A stretch of 64,000 bases of DNA from Helicobacteraceae bacterium (GTDB lineage Bacteria; Campylobacterota; Campylobacteria; Campylobacterales; SZUA-545): contig JAIRKM010000035.1 of NCBI GenBank assembly GCA_031260125.1, positions 6,130 to 70,129 on the forward strand. The letters are read 5' to 3'. A model generated the notes under the pieces. It saw only the letters and a list, made by a program, of their open reading frames with translations. It ran no database searches and was not told the origin of the DNA. The position numbers and the translations under genes were made by a program. The number at the start of each line of letters is the position of its first letter. The first letter of the stretch is position 1. Positions 50,156 to 60,172 of the stretch are shown in pieces.

Positions 50156-51208
50156 ATGACGGTTGTAACCGCTATTATCGTTTTATCGCTGCTTGTTTTT
50201 TTTCACGAATTTGGGCATTTTCTAGCAGCGCGTGCGCTGGGCGTAACCGTTGAAGTATTTTCTATTGGATTTGGCAAAAAACTTTTATCCATAACCGTCG
50301 GCAAAACCGAGTACCGCGTCAGCGCCATTCTGCTGGGCGGATACGTAAGAATGAAAGGGCAGGATGACGCCAATCCACTTACAAAAAGCGGCGATCCGGA
50401 TGCGTATGACGCAAAAAAACCGTGGCAAAGGATACTGATCTCGCTTGCCGGACCGCTTGCCAACATCGCGCTGGCTTTTTCCCTATTCACCGCTGTCGCT
50501 ATGGTGGGGATGAACGCCTACGCGCCCACGATCGGCGGCGTGATCGAAGGCTCCCCCGCGCAAAAAGCGGGTCTGAGGACGGGCGATACAATCATAGCAA
50601 TCGGCGATACTAAGGTGAGGCACTGGAATCATATAAGCGCCCTTATCGGCGAAAGCGAGGGCGAGATTAGGCTGACGGTAGAGAGAAACGCAAGCGTCAT
50701 CTCTCTTGTTATGCTTCCGGAGATTGCCGACGCGAAAAATATCTTCGGCGAGGCGGAGAAGCGTAAGATGATCGGCGTCAGCCAAAGCGGGGAGGTGATC
50801 ACTCTGCGGTACGGCGTTCTTGAATCGATCGCGGAGGGGTGGCGCAGAACGGTGGAAGCCTCCACGCTCATATTTCAAAGCATCGTTAAGCTGATCACGG
50901 GGGTGCTTGGGCTGGAAAACGTCGCCTCCATCATTACGATCGTCGATCTCACGGCTAAGGCAAGCGAGATGGGAATTGCGGCGCTTTTAACGCTTACGGC
51001 GATCATATCGGTTAATCTCGGCATATTGAACCTGCTGCCTATTCCCGCGCTCGATGGCGGACACATCATGTTCAACGCGTACGAGCAAACCGTCGGGAGA
51101 GCGCCAAGCGAAGGCGCGCTGTACAAGATGACGATAGCCGGCTGGGGCGTGCTAGGGGCGCTGACGCTATTGGGCGTCTATAACGACATTGTAAGGCTGA
51201 TAGGTTGA
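50156..51208 (+). CDS. rseP: RIP zinc metalloprotease RseP (site-2 protease)
   Basis: HEFGHFLAA zincin motif in TM1, PDZ domain, C-terminal LDGG motif; 350 aa. Confidence 0.9.
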   Translation: MTVVTAIIVLSLLVFFHEFGHFLAARALGVTVEVFSIGFGKKLLSITVGKTEYRVSAILLGGYVRMKGQDDANPLTKSGDPDAYDAKKPWQRILISLAGPLANIALAFSLFTAVAMVGMNAYAPTIGGVIEGSPAQKAGLRTGDTIIAIGDTKVRHWNHISALIGESEGEIRLTVERNASVISLVMLPEIADAKNIFGEAEKRKMIGVSQSGEVITLRYGVLESIAEGWRRTVEASTLIFQSIVKLITGVLGLENVASIITIVDLTAKASEMGIAALLTLTAIISVNLGILNLLPIPALDGGHIMFNAYEQTVGRAPSEGALYKMTIAGWGVLGALTLLGVYNDIVRLIG

Positions 51209-51861
51209 CACCGCTTGAAAAGACGATAGAACAAATTGAGAAGGCCCGCATCTCTTACGATCGCAAGCATATCGTGCGGATCGTAGCCGTAAGCAAGTAC
51301 GCGCAAACCGCTCAGATAGAGAGCCTCGTTTCAGAGGGACAGCGGGCATTTGGCGAAAACAGGGTGCAGGATTTGGAGAAAAAAAGCGCCGCGCTACTAA
51401 CGCTGCCGATCGAGTGGCACTTTGTGGGCGCAATCCAGTCTAACAAGATAAACAAACTGCTCTCTATAAACCCTGCGATCATACATTCGATCGATTCGCT
51501 CAAACTGGCAAAAACCATAAACGATCGGCTATCAGGCAGAGTGCAGCGCGCCCTGCTTCAGATCAACAGCGCCAAGGAAGCGGCAAAAAATGGGGTGCCG
51601 CCTGAAGAAGCCGTTGACACATATCAGGAGATAACGGCTTGCTGTCCGCTGATAAAACTTGAAGGCGTGATGACGATAGGCGCGCATACAGACGATCAAA
51701 AAAAGATTGAGAAAAGTTTTGCCGTTACATATAAAATTTTCGACAAGCTGAAAAATAACGGGGCAGAAATTCTCAGCATGGGAATGAGCGGAGATTTTGA
51801 GCTGGCAATCGCAAACGGCGCAAATCTGCTTAGACTTGGAAGCGTCCTTTTTGGCAGATAA
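51205..51861 (+). CDS. yggS: YggS-family PLP homeostasis protein
   Basis: 218 aa alanine-racemase N-domain fold; PLP-lysine (VAVSKYA), C-terminal MGMSGDF. Confidence 0.85.
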   Translation: MTPLEKTIEQIEKARISYDRKHIVRIVAVSKYAQTAQIESLVSEGQRAFGENRVQDLEKKSAALLTLPIEWHFVGAIQSNKINKLLSINPAIIHSIDSLKLAKTINDRLSGRVQRALLQINSAKEAAKNGVPPEEAVDTYQEITACCPLIKLEGVMTIGAHTDDQKKIEKSFAVTYKIFDKLKNNGAEILSMGMSGDFELAIANGANLLRLGSVLFGR

Positions 51862-52405
51862 CGCAACTGTTCTGACCGGCTCTGTCGCCACAGGGAAAAG
51901 TACGGTGGCGGGCATGTTGAAAGAGGCTGGATACAATGTGATTGACGCCGATCGGATTTCGCGCGAAGTTTTTAAAATTAAAGAGGACGAGATAGCTCGA
52001 TTTTTCGATACAACAAATCGACAACAGATCGCTGCCATAATTTTTACCGATCCACGCAAAAAAAAGAAACTAGAGGAAATTATGCATCCAACGATAAACA
52101 GTATAATTATAGAAGAAGCAAAGAAGCTGGAACTGTTAAATAAGAGATATTTTATAGAGATTCCGCTATTTTTTGAAAACTACGGCAGCTATCCGTTCAA
52201 AAAGAGCGTGGTGGTCTATGCCCCGCGTGAGCTTCAATTTAAGCGTCTTACAAAAAAACGCGGTTTGGGCGCCGATATGGCAAACGCGATGATAAACGCG
52301 CAAATATCGATCGAGGAGAAAAAGAAACGATCCGCATGGATCGACAACAGCGGTGATATTGATCGGTTACAAAAAAATGTGGAACATTTCATAAGGAACG
52401 CATAA
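51851..52405 (+). CDS. coaE: Dephospho-CoA kinase
   Basis: P-loop LTGSVATGKST. Start ambiguous: TTG 51851 (11-nt overlap with yggS) is preferred over ATG 51797 (65-nt overlap). Confidence 0.8.
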   Translation: MADNATVLTGSVATGKSTVAGMLKEAGYNVIDADRISREVFKIKEDEIARFFDTTNRQQIAAIIFTDPRKKKKLEEIMHPTINSIIIEEAKKLELLNKRYFIEIPLFFENYGSYPFKKSVVVYAPRELQFKRLTKKRGLGADMANAMINAQISIEEKKKRSAWIDNSGDIDRLQKNVEHFIRNA

Positions 52406-53151
52406 TGACACTCACAAAGTACAACGCCAACGGCAACGATTTTCTGATCACGCACTCTTTCAAAAAAGAAGATAGATCGGCGCTCGCCAAAAGGGTATGC
52501 GACAGAGTTAGCGGGATAGGAGCAGATGGTTTTGTCGTGCTGCTGCCAAGCGACAAGCACGACTTTGAATGGAATTTTTACAACTGCGACGGATCGATCG
52601 CCGCTATGTGCGGAAACGCTGCAAGAGCCGCCGCGCTGTACGCTTATAAAAACTCTCTAGCCGATAGAAAAATACAATTCTTAACGGGCGCGGGTGTGAT
52701 AACCGCGATCGTAACGGAAAATACGGTAGAAGTACAATTAACAGAACACAAAATTATCAGAAAAGACATCTGGGAAAACGATCTAAACTGGTTTTTGATC
52801 GATACCGGTGTCCCACATATAACGGCAAATGCGGAACTGGAAGTATTTGATGCGGTTCCTCTTGCGAATCTGCGCAAAAAATATGATGCGAACGCAACTA
52901 TTTTCTCGGTGAAAGACGCTTCGCTTTTCGTGCGCACATTTGAGCGAGGCGTAGAGGGAGAAACGCTTGCCTGCGGGACAGGAATGGCGGCTGCCTTTGT
53001 CCGTGCGGCGTATGAAAATCTGGTACAAAACAGCGCGAAAATATATCCGAAAAGCGGTGATGAGCTTTTTATGAAACTCGAAAATAACCGCCTCTTTTTC
53101 AAGGGAGCGGTCAGCGAGGTTTTCACAACCACAATACAGCCGCTTGGCTAA
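52405..53151 (+). CDS. dapF: Diaminopimelate epimerase
   Basis: N-terminus KYNANGNDFLI, active-site Cys motifs MCGNAARA and ACGTGMAA; 248 aa. Confidence 0.9.
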   Translation: MTLTKYNANGNDFLITHSFKKEDRSALAKRVCDRVSGIGADGFVVLLPSDKHDFEWNFYNCDGSIAAMCGNAARAAALYAYKNSLADRKIQFLTGAGVITAIVTENTVEVQLTEHKIIRKDIWENDLNWFLIDTGVPHITANAELEVFDAVPLANLRKKYDANATIFSVKDASLFVRTFERGVEGETLACGTGMAAAFVRAAYENLVQNSAKIYPKSGDELFMKLENNRLFFKGAVSEVFTTTIQPLG

Positions 53152-53271
53152 CGCGGCAAAGCGGTGGTTTGTGAAACGGCGCGTCAAAAGCGAAAATCCT
53201 ACGTCTGCTTCTATTCCGCGATCGGCGTTTTAACGCTGACGATCAGGTGCGCAACCGCTCTGCCTATACCG

Positions 53272-53292
53272 CTAAAACGCGGGCACGTCGCT
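53272..53292 (-). terminator. Probable intrinsic terminator of cysG
   Basis: GCGGGCA-cgtcgct-TGCCCGC hairpin; on the minus strand it is followed by GTTTTAGCGG. Confidence 0.4.
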
Positions 53293-53300
53293 TGCCCGCG

Positions 53301-54479
53301 CTAACGCCGCTTATACGACAGCGCCGCGCACTCTCCTATGATCAGCGCCGCGGGTTTCATGATGCGCGCCGCCATAGCCTCCAGATCGCCCAAAACGCCG
53401 AAGACGACAGCTTCATCGGCGGAGTCGATCTGTGAGGCAAACGCGCACGGGGTTCGCGGACTAATGGCGCGCCGCTTTACGGATTTGACTATTTCGGCGC
53501 TGAAGCTGTGCGCCATTAAAACGATGATCGTGTAGGGCGTTTTTCCAATCAGATCAACCCAATCGTCATTGAACCGCGCTCCCTTGAGGTGCGCCGAAAC
53601 GATCAGCGCCCCGCTGGAAACGCCGCGAAGCGTAGGCGCCACGCCCGCCGCACGGCACGCCGCGAAGGCGGAGCTTACGCCGCTTATCACCAGCGGGGCA
53701 AATCCGCTCTCGGCGGCAAACGCCGCCTCTTCGTAAAGCCTTCCGAAGATCGACGGATCGCCGCTTTTCAGCCTGCCTACAATCCTGCCCATCTTGGCGT
53801 GCTTAACGATCAAGTCGTTGATCTCATCCTGCGCGATCGAGTGGCTGTTTTTGCGTTTACCCGCGTCGATCGCTAGACATTTTTTGGGCAGCAGGCTTCT
53901 GATTTCGGCGCTTATGAGATTGTCGATCAGCGCCACGTCGAGCTTTTTGATTGCCTTGAACGCGCCGATCGTAAGGTTGTCGATTCCGCCCGTTCCACAT
54001 CCGATCAGGTATATTTCGCCATTTCGCCCGTTTGGGGGCTTAGGGCAGAAGCCATCCTCGATCACTCCCGCGATCAGATCGCGCGTACTCTGCGCCAGCG
54101 AGGCAGACGCGCCGCCAGTGCTTACGGACACGCACAGATCGCCTCTGCGCATATTCGCCGTAAAGTAAAAATCACAAAACTTGGGCTGATCGACGCAATT
54201 TAACAGATAGCCGCGGGCGCGGCGATTTTCCCATAGCGTTTTGGACAGCGCCGCATCGCCCGTAGCGTTGATCAGCGCGTCAAAACCCCGCGCGTCGTCA
54301 AGCTCAAACGGCTTGATCGTTACGGCGCGATTGGAGAAAAAATCGTCGGCGACCGCATGTGCGATCACGCTTAATTCGCAGTCGCTCTCAAGAACGCTCC
54401 GCGCTTTAAGGGCGGCGGCTCTGCCCGCGCCGATCAGCAGGATTTTCTTGGGCGTGAGCGCGACGGGCAGAATCTTCAT
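53301..54479 (-). CDS. cysG: Siroheme synthase (precorrin-2 dehydrogenase/ferrochelatase N-domain + uroporphyrinogen-III C-methyltransferase)
   Basis: Start set at ATG 54479 (MKILPVALTPKKILLIGAGRAAALKA, the canonical N-terminus). C-terminal SUMT motifs IYLIGCGTGG and GDPSIFGR. Track TTG start at 54551 lacks an SD. Confidence 0.85.
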   Translation of the reverse strand: MKILPVALTPKKILLIGAGRAAALKARSVLESDCELSVIAHAVADDFFSNRAVTIKPFELDDARGFDALINATGDAALSKTLWENRRARGYLLNCVDQPKFCDFYFTANMRRGDLCVSVSTGGASASLAQSTRDLIAGVIEDGFCPKPPNGRNGEIYLIGCGTGGIDNLTIGAFKAIKKLDVALIDNLISAEIRSLLPKKCLAIDAGKRKNSHSIAQDEINDLIVKHAKMGRIVGRLKSGDPSIFGRLYEEAAFAAESGFAPLVISGVSSAFAACRAAGVAPTLRGVSSGALIVSAHLKGARFNDDWVDLIGKTPYTIIVLMAHSFSAEIVKSVKRRAISPRTPCAFASQIDSADEAVVFGVLGDLEAMAARIMKPAALIIGECAALSYKRR

Positions 54480-54508
54480 CTTTGACTGATCGCTATTTTG
54501 GACTTCAT
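54476..54508 (-). CDS. 10-codon upstream ORF (MKSKIAISQR) translationally coupled to cysG
   Basis: Strong SD AAGGAGGTGG 4 nt before its ATG; its TGA stop overlaps the cysG ATG (AGATGAAG), whereas cysG has no SD of its own. Confidence 0.4.
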   Translation of the reverse strand: MKSKIAISQR

Positions 54509-54608
54509 TATCCACCTCCTTAAACCGACGGTAAGCCGCACGGCGGCGCAAATGGAGCGGACGCGGGCGCTTACGGCATTTTTAAGCGCGCTCGCTCAAT
54601 GCCCGCCC

Positions 54609-56021
54609 TTATGGGCGTCCGGCCGGCTGCGGCGATTTTACGAGATGGACGCTTTTGATCCAGCCCTCAATAAACGAGAGTTGATCTAAAACCGCGCTTT
54701 TTGCCGTCCCTCCCGCGCTGACGCGGGCGTTCATCGAGGCTTCAAGGCTCAAAGCGTCGGTAAGCCCCTCCAGACGCGGATCGATCAAGGCGAGATCTTC
54801 CGCCTTCAGCATGCTTAGATCGATCCCCTTTTGATCCGCTAGCGAAGCCGCCCTTCGGGCAAGGTGGTGCGCCTCGCGGAAGGGAACGCCCTTTTGCGCG
54901 GCGGCATCGGCGAGATCGGTCGCGCTAAGATGACCGCGCGCGCAGGCTGCTCTCATCACTTCGCGGTCAAACACGGTTCCTTCGTCTTGCAGCATGGCGG
55001 TTAAAATTGTCAGAGAATCACTCAGCGTTTTTACCGCGTCAAAGACCCCTTCCTTGTCTTCCTGCATATCCTTATTGTACGCGAGCGGCGTCCCCTTCAT
55101 CACCGTCAAAAGCCCCATCAGACTGCCATATACGCGCCCCGTTTTACCGCGTATCAACTCGGCGGCGTCAGGGTTGCGCTTTTGGGGCATGATCGAACTG
55201 CCCGTCGTGAAGCGATCCGCGATTCTTACAAAGCGAAACTCCGCGGACGACCATAGCACCAGCTCCTCGCAGAAGCGGCTCAAGTGCATCATCGCCGCCG
55301 CCGCGTTAAAGAGCAGCTCCAGCGCAAAATCCCGATCGCTCACGCTGTCAAGCCCGTTTAGGGTTACGCCGTCAAAGCCAAGTTCGGCGGCGACAAAGGC
55401 GCGATCGATCGGGTGCGGAGTTCCGGCGAGAGCCGCACTGCCTAGCGGCGAAAGATTGGCGCGCTTGGCGCTTCCCATCAGGCGATCGTGGTCGCGCACA
55501 AGCATGGACATATATGCCAGTAGGTAGTACGCGAGGCTGATCGGCTGTGCATGCTGCAAGTGCGTCATGCCGGGCATCAGCGTTTCGGTGTGCTTGAGGG
55601 CGGTTTCGTGCAGCGCGGACACAAGTCCGGCGACTAGATCGGCAAGATGGCGACCCTGACGAACGCACCAGAGGCGAAAATCCAACGCCACTTGATCGTT
55701 GCGGCTTCGCGCCGTGTGAAGCCGTTTGCCTGCTTCGCCGATCAACGCCGTCAACCGCCGCTCAACCGCCATATGAATATCTTCATCTTCCGCGGCAAAA
55801 ACAAACTCTCCCCGCTCAATCTCGCCCTCGATCCGCCGCAGTCCGCTCTCGATCGCCGCCGCGTCCTCCTTACCGATAATCCCCTGTTTGGCCAGCATTC
55901 TGGCATGCGCGATCGATCCGGCGATATCTTCGCGGAAGAGAACGCGATCAAATCCGATCGACGCGTTAAACTCGTCCAGAAGCGCTTCGCCGGTTTCGCT
56001 ACCGTCGCCCCAAAGTTTCAC
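54609..56021 (-). CDS. argH: Argininosuccinate lyase
   Basis: MKLWGDGSE..., fumarase/aspartase-family signature GSSIMPQKRNPD; 470 aa. Confidence 0.93.
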   Translation of the reverse strand: MKLWGDGSETGEALLDEFNASIGFDRVLFREDIAGSIAHARMLAKQGIIGKEDAAAIESGLRRIEGEIERGEFVFAAEDEDIHMAVERRLTALIGEAGKRLHTARSRNDQVALDFRLWCVRQGRHLADLVAGLVSALHETALKHTETLMPGMTHLQHAQPISLAYYLLAYMSMLVRDHDRLMGSAKRANLSPLGSAALAGTPHPIDRAFVAAELGFDGVTLNGLDSVSDRDFALELLFNAAAAMMHLSRFCEELVLWSSAEFRFVRIADRFTTGSSIMPQKRNPDAAELIRGKTGRVYGSLMGLLTVMKGTPLAYNKDMQEDKEGVFDAVKTLSDSLTILTAMLQDEGTVFDREVMRAACARGHLSATDLADAAAQKGVPFREAHHLARRAASLADQKGIDLSMLKAEDLALIDPRLEGLTDALSLEASMNARVSAGGTAKSAVLDQLSFIEGWIKSVHLVKSPQPAGRP

Positions 56022-57553
56022 TTGGCGTATTCCACCGCTCTCATTTCGCGGATCACGTTTACTTTGACTTCACCGGGATACTGCACCTTTTGCTCGATCT
56101 CCGTAGCGATATTTTTGGAGAGAAGCACAGTCTCCTGATCGCCGATTTTGCTGGCATCCACGATCACCCTCAGCTCCCTGCCGGCAGAGATGGCGTACGC
56201 TTGAACGACGCCATTTTTGGACGCGGCGATCGCCTCCACCTCCTGCACCCGTTTTAAGAAACTTTCAAGAACCTCGCGTCTCGCGCCCGGCCTCGCGGCG
56301 CTGAGCGCGTCCGCCGTGCAAACCGCCGCCGCTTCGACCGAAAGCGGGTCTTCATGTCCGTGATGCGCGCAGATCGCGTTCAGCACGATATCGTTTTCGC
56401 CAAAACGACGGCATATATCGGCTCCAAGCTGTACGTGGTTGCCATTATGCTCCTGCGTGAGGGCCTTGCCGATGTCGTGCAGCAGTCCGGCGCGTCTGGC
56501 AAGTTTGTCGTTGCCATCTAGTTCGGCGGCGATAACGCTGGAAAGATGCGCCACCTCCAGACTGTGCGCCAATGCATTCTGCCCGTAACTGGCGCGGTAT
56601 TTGAGCCTCCCTAGCAGCTTGGTCAGCTCGGGGTGCAGTTCGCCAATGCCCAGATCAAAGACAACATTCTGCCCGTCGTCGATCAGATTCTCCTCAAACT
56701 GCCGTTTTACGCTCGCATAGATCTCTTCAATACGGCTGGGCTGAATGCGCCCGTCTTCCAACAGCATCTCGATCGTTTTCACGGCGATTGCGCGGCGGTA
56801 TAGATTAAAACTGCTGATCACGATCGCGCCGGGCGTCTCGTCGATGATGATATCAACGCCCAGCAGATTCTCCAGCGTTTTGATGTTGCGCCCCTCCTTG
56901 CCGATGATGCGCCCCTTGTACTCGTCGTTTGAAATCGCGATCGTGTTGATCAACCGCTCGCCTGCGAATTCGCCCGCATAACGCGTCGTGGCCTGCGATA
57001 TGATGTAGTTCGCCTTGCGTCTGGACTCCGTGCGCGCCTCTATCTCCGCTTTGCGAATTATGTTTGCGGCGTCGATGCGGCAACGATCCTCTACCTGTTC
57101 AAGCAAGACCGCCTTTGCCTCTTCCGCGGTCATTCCGGCGGCTTTCTCGATCACCATCTGCGCCTCAAAAAGCTTCTGCTCGTTGCGCAGTTTTTGCTGT
57201 TCGTTCTCCTTTTGCAGGGTAACGCTCTCTTTGTGAATGCGATCGATCTGACGCAGTTTCTCCTCGATCGCCTCCTCTTTCTGCGAGATGATCCGCGCCT
57301 TATGCTCCTGCTCTTTGCGTACGTGGGCAAATTCGGCGTCAAGCCTCTGCCTGACCTCCAATTCCTTTGTAGATATCTCTACCTTTGACCGCTCCAGCAA
57401 CATCTTCGCTTCATGCTCGATCGCCTTTGCTTTTGCTTTTGCCTGTTCAACTCTCGCGCCATGTTTCGCAAGCGCGATCTTGTGGGTGATAAACCATGCC
57501 AAAAACGCGCTGATTACGGCCGCGGCAACACCTGTTACGACGCTCTCTATCAT
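56018..57553 (-). CDS. rny: Ribonuclease Y
   Basis: N-terminal TM anchor, coiled-coil, KH (GRIIGKEGRNIKTLE) and HD (HSLEVAHL...HDIGK) domains; 511 aa. Confidence 0.92.
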   Translation of the reverse strand: MIESVVTGVAAAVISAFLAWFITHKIALAKHGARVEQAKAKAKAIEHEAKMLLERSKVEISTKELEVRQRLDAEFAHVRKEQEHKARIISQKEEAIEEKLRQIDRIHKESVTLQKENEQQKLRNEQKLFEAQMVIEKAAGMTAEEAKAVLLEQVEDRCRIDAANIIRKAEIEARTESRRKANYIISQATTRYAGEFAGERLINTIAISNDEYKGRIIGKEGRNIKTLENLLGVDIIIDETPGAIVISSFNLYRRAIAVKTIEMLLEDGRIQPSRIEEIYASVKRQFEENLIDDGQNVVFDLGIGELHPELTKLLGRLKYRASYGQNALAHSLEVAHLSSVIAAELDGNDKLARRAGLLHDIGKALTQEHNGNHVQLGADICRRFGENDIVLNAICAHHGHEDPLSVEAAAVCTADALSAARPGARREVLESFLKRVQEVEAIAASKNGVVQAYAISAGRELRVIVDASKIGDQETVLLSKNIATEIEQKVQYPGEVKVNVIREMRAVEYAK

Positions 57554-58100
57554 TGAGGTTCCTCAAATTGTGGATCGCCCCGCCCGCGCTTACAAGAAAA
57601 TCTCCGCAAATATCCCAATTGTCTGTAATAACCCGCGTCAAACGCAGGAAAAATGGCTGTACAAAAATCACTATTGGTTTATTTCGTAAAGTGCAGACGA
57701 AACGATCGTACATTCCCTTCCCGAATCCGACCCGTCTAAAAGCCGCGTCAACACACAAACATGGAACGATCATTACCTCTACCTTTTCTATTTTTCTACC
57801 GCCTCTCCGCGGCGCGGAAACGCTTTGGCGCTCTAAGGGCAATCCGTACTCTACCATTTTAAAACTAATTTTTTCTACAGAGGGGAGATAAAGTTTCTTA
57901 TTTCTTCTAAGCGCTGGAAATAATCCCCTCAGATCCGCCTCAAACGGCAGCGGCAGATAGACGAGAACGCTTTTGGGCTTTAGCGCCCTAAGCACCTTTT
58001 TGAGGTGTCCGCGTGTCTTTGCGCTGTTTGCGAGTCTGGTGCCTATAGGCGCGGATTTTAGTCGATTTAGCGCCTCTTCGCGCACGCGCTGTTTGTCCAT
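57447..58100 (-). CDS. 5-formyltetrahydrofolate cyclo-ligase (MTHFS) with C-terminal tail overlapping rny
   Basis: Conserved GFGKGMYDRF motif; 217 aa (about 30 aa longer than typical); last 107 nt overlap the 5' end of rny in another frame. Confidence 0.75.
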   Translation of the reverse strand: MDKQRVREEALNRLKSAPIGTRLANSAKTRGHLKKVLRALKPKSVLVYLPLPFEADLRGLFPALRRNKKLYLPSVEKISFKMVEYGLPLERQSVSAPRRGGRKIEKVEVMIVPCLCVDAAFRRVGFGKGMYDRFVCTLRNKPIVIFVQPFFLRLTRVITDNWDICGDFLVSAGGAIHNLRNLNDRERRNRCCRGRNQRVFGMVYHPQDRACETWRES

Positions 58101-58126
58101 AGCGTTTCCTGATTATAATTGCTCTC

Positions 58127-58678
58127 ATGAAATCAATATTGAAAATTCGCCATTTTATACCAATTCTGTCGATCGCGCTTTTTTTCGCAGCTTGCGGCGA
58201 ACAAGGGCGAATGGACGTAACATCGAGAAACGGCTTTGAGATTAAGACGCTTGAGGGTGAAACAAAACTTGCCAGAGTAGAGGCGAGCGAGGCACGCTAC
58301 AACAACCTGATTCTTGAGGATAACGGCGGCAAACCGACGCTCTATGTCTTTTTCCTCACCGACTGCCCAGAGTGCAAAAAGGAATTTCCTCATCTGATCG
58401 ATATGTATAACCGCTACCGCGGCAAAATCGAAATTCTCGGCGTTCTGGTTGAAAGCAAATCCTCCGAAGACGCGGCGGATTTTGCGGCATCCCACCAAAT
58501 CAACTTTCCCATCGTGTTGGGCGCGGGCGCGTACCGTCTAGCAGACGCTGTGGGCGGGGTGAAATACGTCCCCGCTATTCACATCTACGACGGCGCTGGC
58601 AGATACGTTTCGCATTTTGTCGGAGCCGCACCGCAGGAGATGCTCGAATCACGCATAGATGGCATCTTAGCAGAGTAA
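58127..58678 (+). CDS. Thioredoxin-fold lipoprotein (TlpA/ResA-like thiol:disulfide oxidoreductase)
   Basis: Lipobox LFFAAC; CxxC FFLTDCPECKKEF; 183 aa. Confidence 0.75.
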   Translation: MKSILKIRHFIPILSIALFFAACGEQGRMDVTSRNGFEIKTLEGETKLARVEASEARYNNLILEDNGGKPTLYVFFLTDCPECKKEFPHLIDMYNRYRGKIEILGVLVESKSSEDAADFAASHQINFPIVLGAGAYRLADAVGGVKYVPAIHIYDGAGRYVSHFVGAAPQEMLESRIDGILAE

Positions 58679-58681
58679 TCA

Positions 58682-59542
58682 ATGCTAAGCCTCGTAAGAA
58701 AAACGCTAGGCCGTACCGCCGAAGCGATCAGGAGCGTTATCCCCAGAACGGAGTCGATTTCCGCCAATCTTCTCGAAGAGGCGCTGCTCGGCGCGGATAT
58801 GGATATTGACGAGGTGGAGCGCCTAATCGATCGTCTGGTTGAGCCGATCACAAGGGATCGGCTGGAGTTCGGACTGCTGGAACTGCTACCCGCGTTTGAG
58901 CCGCGTGAGATCAGCCAAAAGCCGTTTGTCGAGCTGGTTTTCGGCGTAAACGGCGCAGGCAAAACGACGACAATCGCGAAACTGGCGCGCCGCTCTAAAG
59001 ACGCGGGCAAAAGCGTGATAATGGGCGCGGGCGATACCTTCCGCGCGGCGGCTGTGGAGCAGCTTTCCATCTGGGCAAAGCGGCTTGGCGTACCGATCGT
59101 ATCCGCAAAAACGGGCGGCGATCCATCCGGCGTGGCGTTTGATACGATCGCCTCAGCGCTCGCTAGAGGGAGCGATCACGCGCTGATCGACACAGCCGGC
59201 AGACTGCACACGCACAAGAATCTATCGGAAGAGCTTAAAAAGATCGTCCGCGTATGCGGCAAAGCGCTTGAGGGCGCGCCGCACCGCAAGCTGCTGGTGC
59301 TAGACGGCACGCAGGGACGCAGCGCGATCAATCAGGCGCGGGAGTTCCACGCGATAATCGGCATTGACGCGATCGCCGTCACAAAGCTTGATGGCACGGC
59401 AAAAGGCGGCGCGATCTACTCCATCTCCCGCGCTCTGGAAATACCCATTCTATTTATCGGTTCGGGAGAGGGAGCGGAGGATCTCATCGACTTTGACGCG
59501 CGGGAGTTTACCGCCGGCTTTGTCGATAGCTTCTTCGAATAG
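58682..59542 (+). CDS. ftsY: Signal recognition particle receptor FtsY (short, NG-domain-only form)
   Basis: GTPase motifs GVNGAGKTTT, DTAGR, TKLDG; 286 aa. Confidence 0.9.
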   Translation: MLSLVRKTLGRTAEAIRSVIPRTESISANLLEEALLGADMDIDEVERLIDRLVEPITRDRLEFGLLELLPAFEPREISQKPFVELVFGVNGAGKTTTIAKLARRSKDAGKSVIMGAGDTFRAAAVEQLSIWAKRLGVPIVSAKTGGDPSGVAFDTIASALARGSDHALIDTAGRLHTHKNLSEELKKIVRVCGKALEGAPHRKLLVLDGTQGRSAINQAREFHAIIGIDAIAVTKLDGTAKGGAIYSISRALEIPILFIGSGEGAEDLIDFDAREFTAGFVDSFFE

Positions 59543-59583
59543 CTCCAAACCCTCCGCGCCGGAGAGCTTGGAGCGCGGCGCTG

Positions 59584-60135
59584 TTAGAGCGTATCAACAA
59601 ACCGCGCAAGCGCGTCAATTTCGTTGTCGTTTAAGGAGATCGCTCTGCCTTTCATAGCGTTTGCGGTTGAGCCATGCGCGTAAACGCCGCTTTGATAGTT
59701 GCGTAAAACGCGGATAAGCTCCGGTTCCGTTAGGTTTGAGACCTTGCCGCTCTTGCCAAAAGCGCTTTTACTGGCATCTTTACCGTGGCATCCGGAGCAG
59801 CGCAGCGCGAATACCTCCGAACCCTGTTTTATTTTCATACTAGCGATATAAGTCGCAAGCGCGGCGATCTTCTGCTGATCCAACAGCGACGCCTGCGCGT
59901 TCATAGCTCCTTCGCTTTTGCCCAAAGCATAGTCGCGCAAGATGTTCGATATGTCCTTTTCCGGAAGACGCGAAATATCCCGCTTGCCCATCGGCTGTTT
60001 GTTGCCGTACTGCCCGTGACAGGGTATGCAGCGCCTAAACAGCTCTTCTCCCTCTTCAAATCTCTTTTGATCGTAAGCAAAAGCACAAGTGCAAAGTAAA
60101 AAAAATGCGAATATCATACACCCTTTTGACATCAT
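59584..60135 (-). CDS. Di-haem cytochrome c (c4-like)
   Basis: Signal peptide; two CxxCH motifs (CIPCHG, CSGCHG); 183 aa. Confidence 0.8.
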   Translation of the reverse strand: MMSKGCMIFAFFLLCTCAFAYDQKRFEEGEELFRRCIPCHGQYGNKQPMGKRDISRLPEKDISNILRDYALGKSEGAMNAQASLLDQQKIAALATYIASMKIKQGSEVFALRCSGCHGKDASKSAFGKSGKVSNLTEPELIRVLRNYQSGVYAHGSTANAMKGRAISLNDNEIDALARFVDTL

Positions 60136-60172
60136 ATTCCCTCCATCAAAAATTGGTTCAATTGTACAACTT

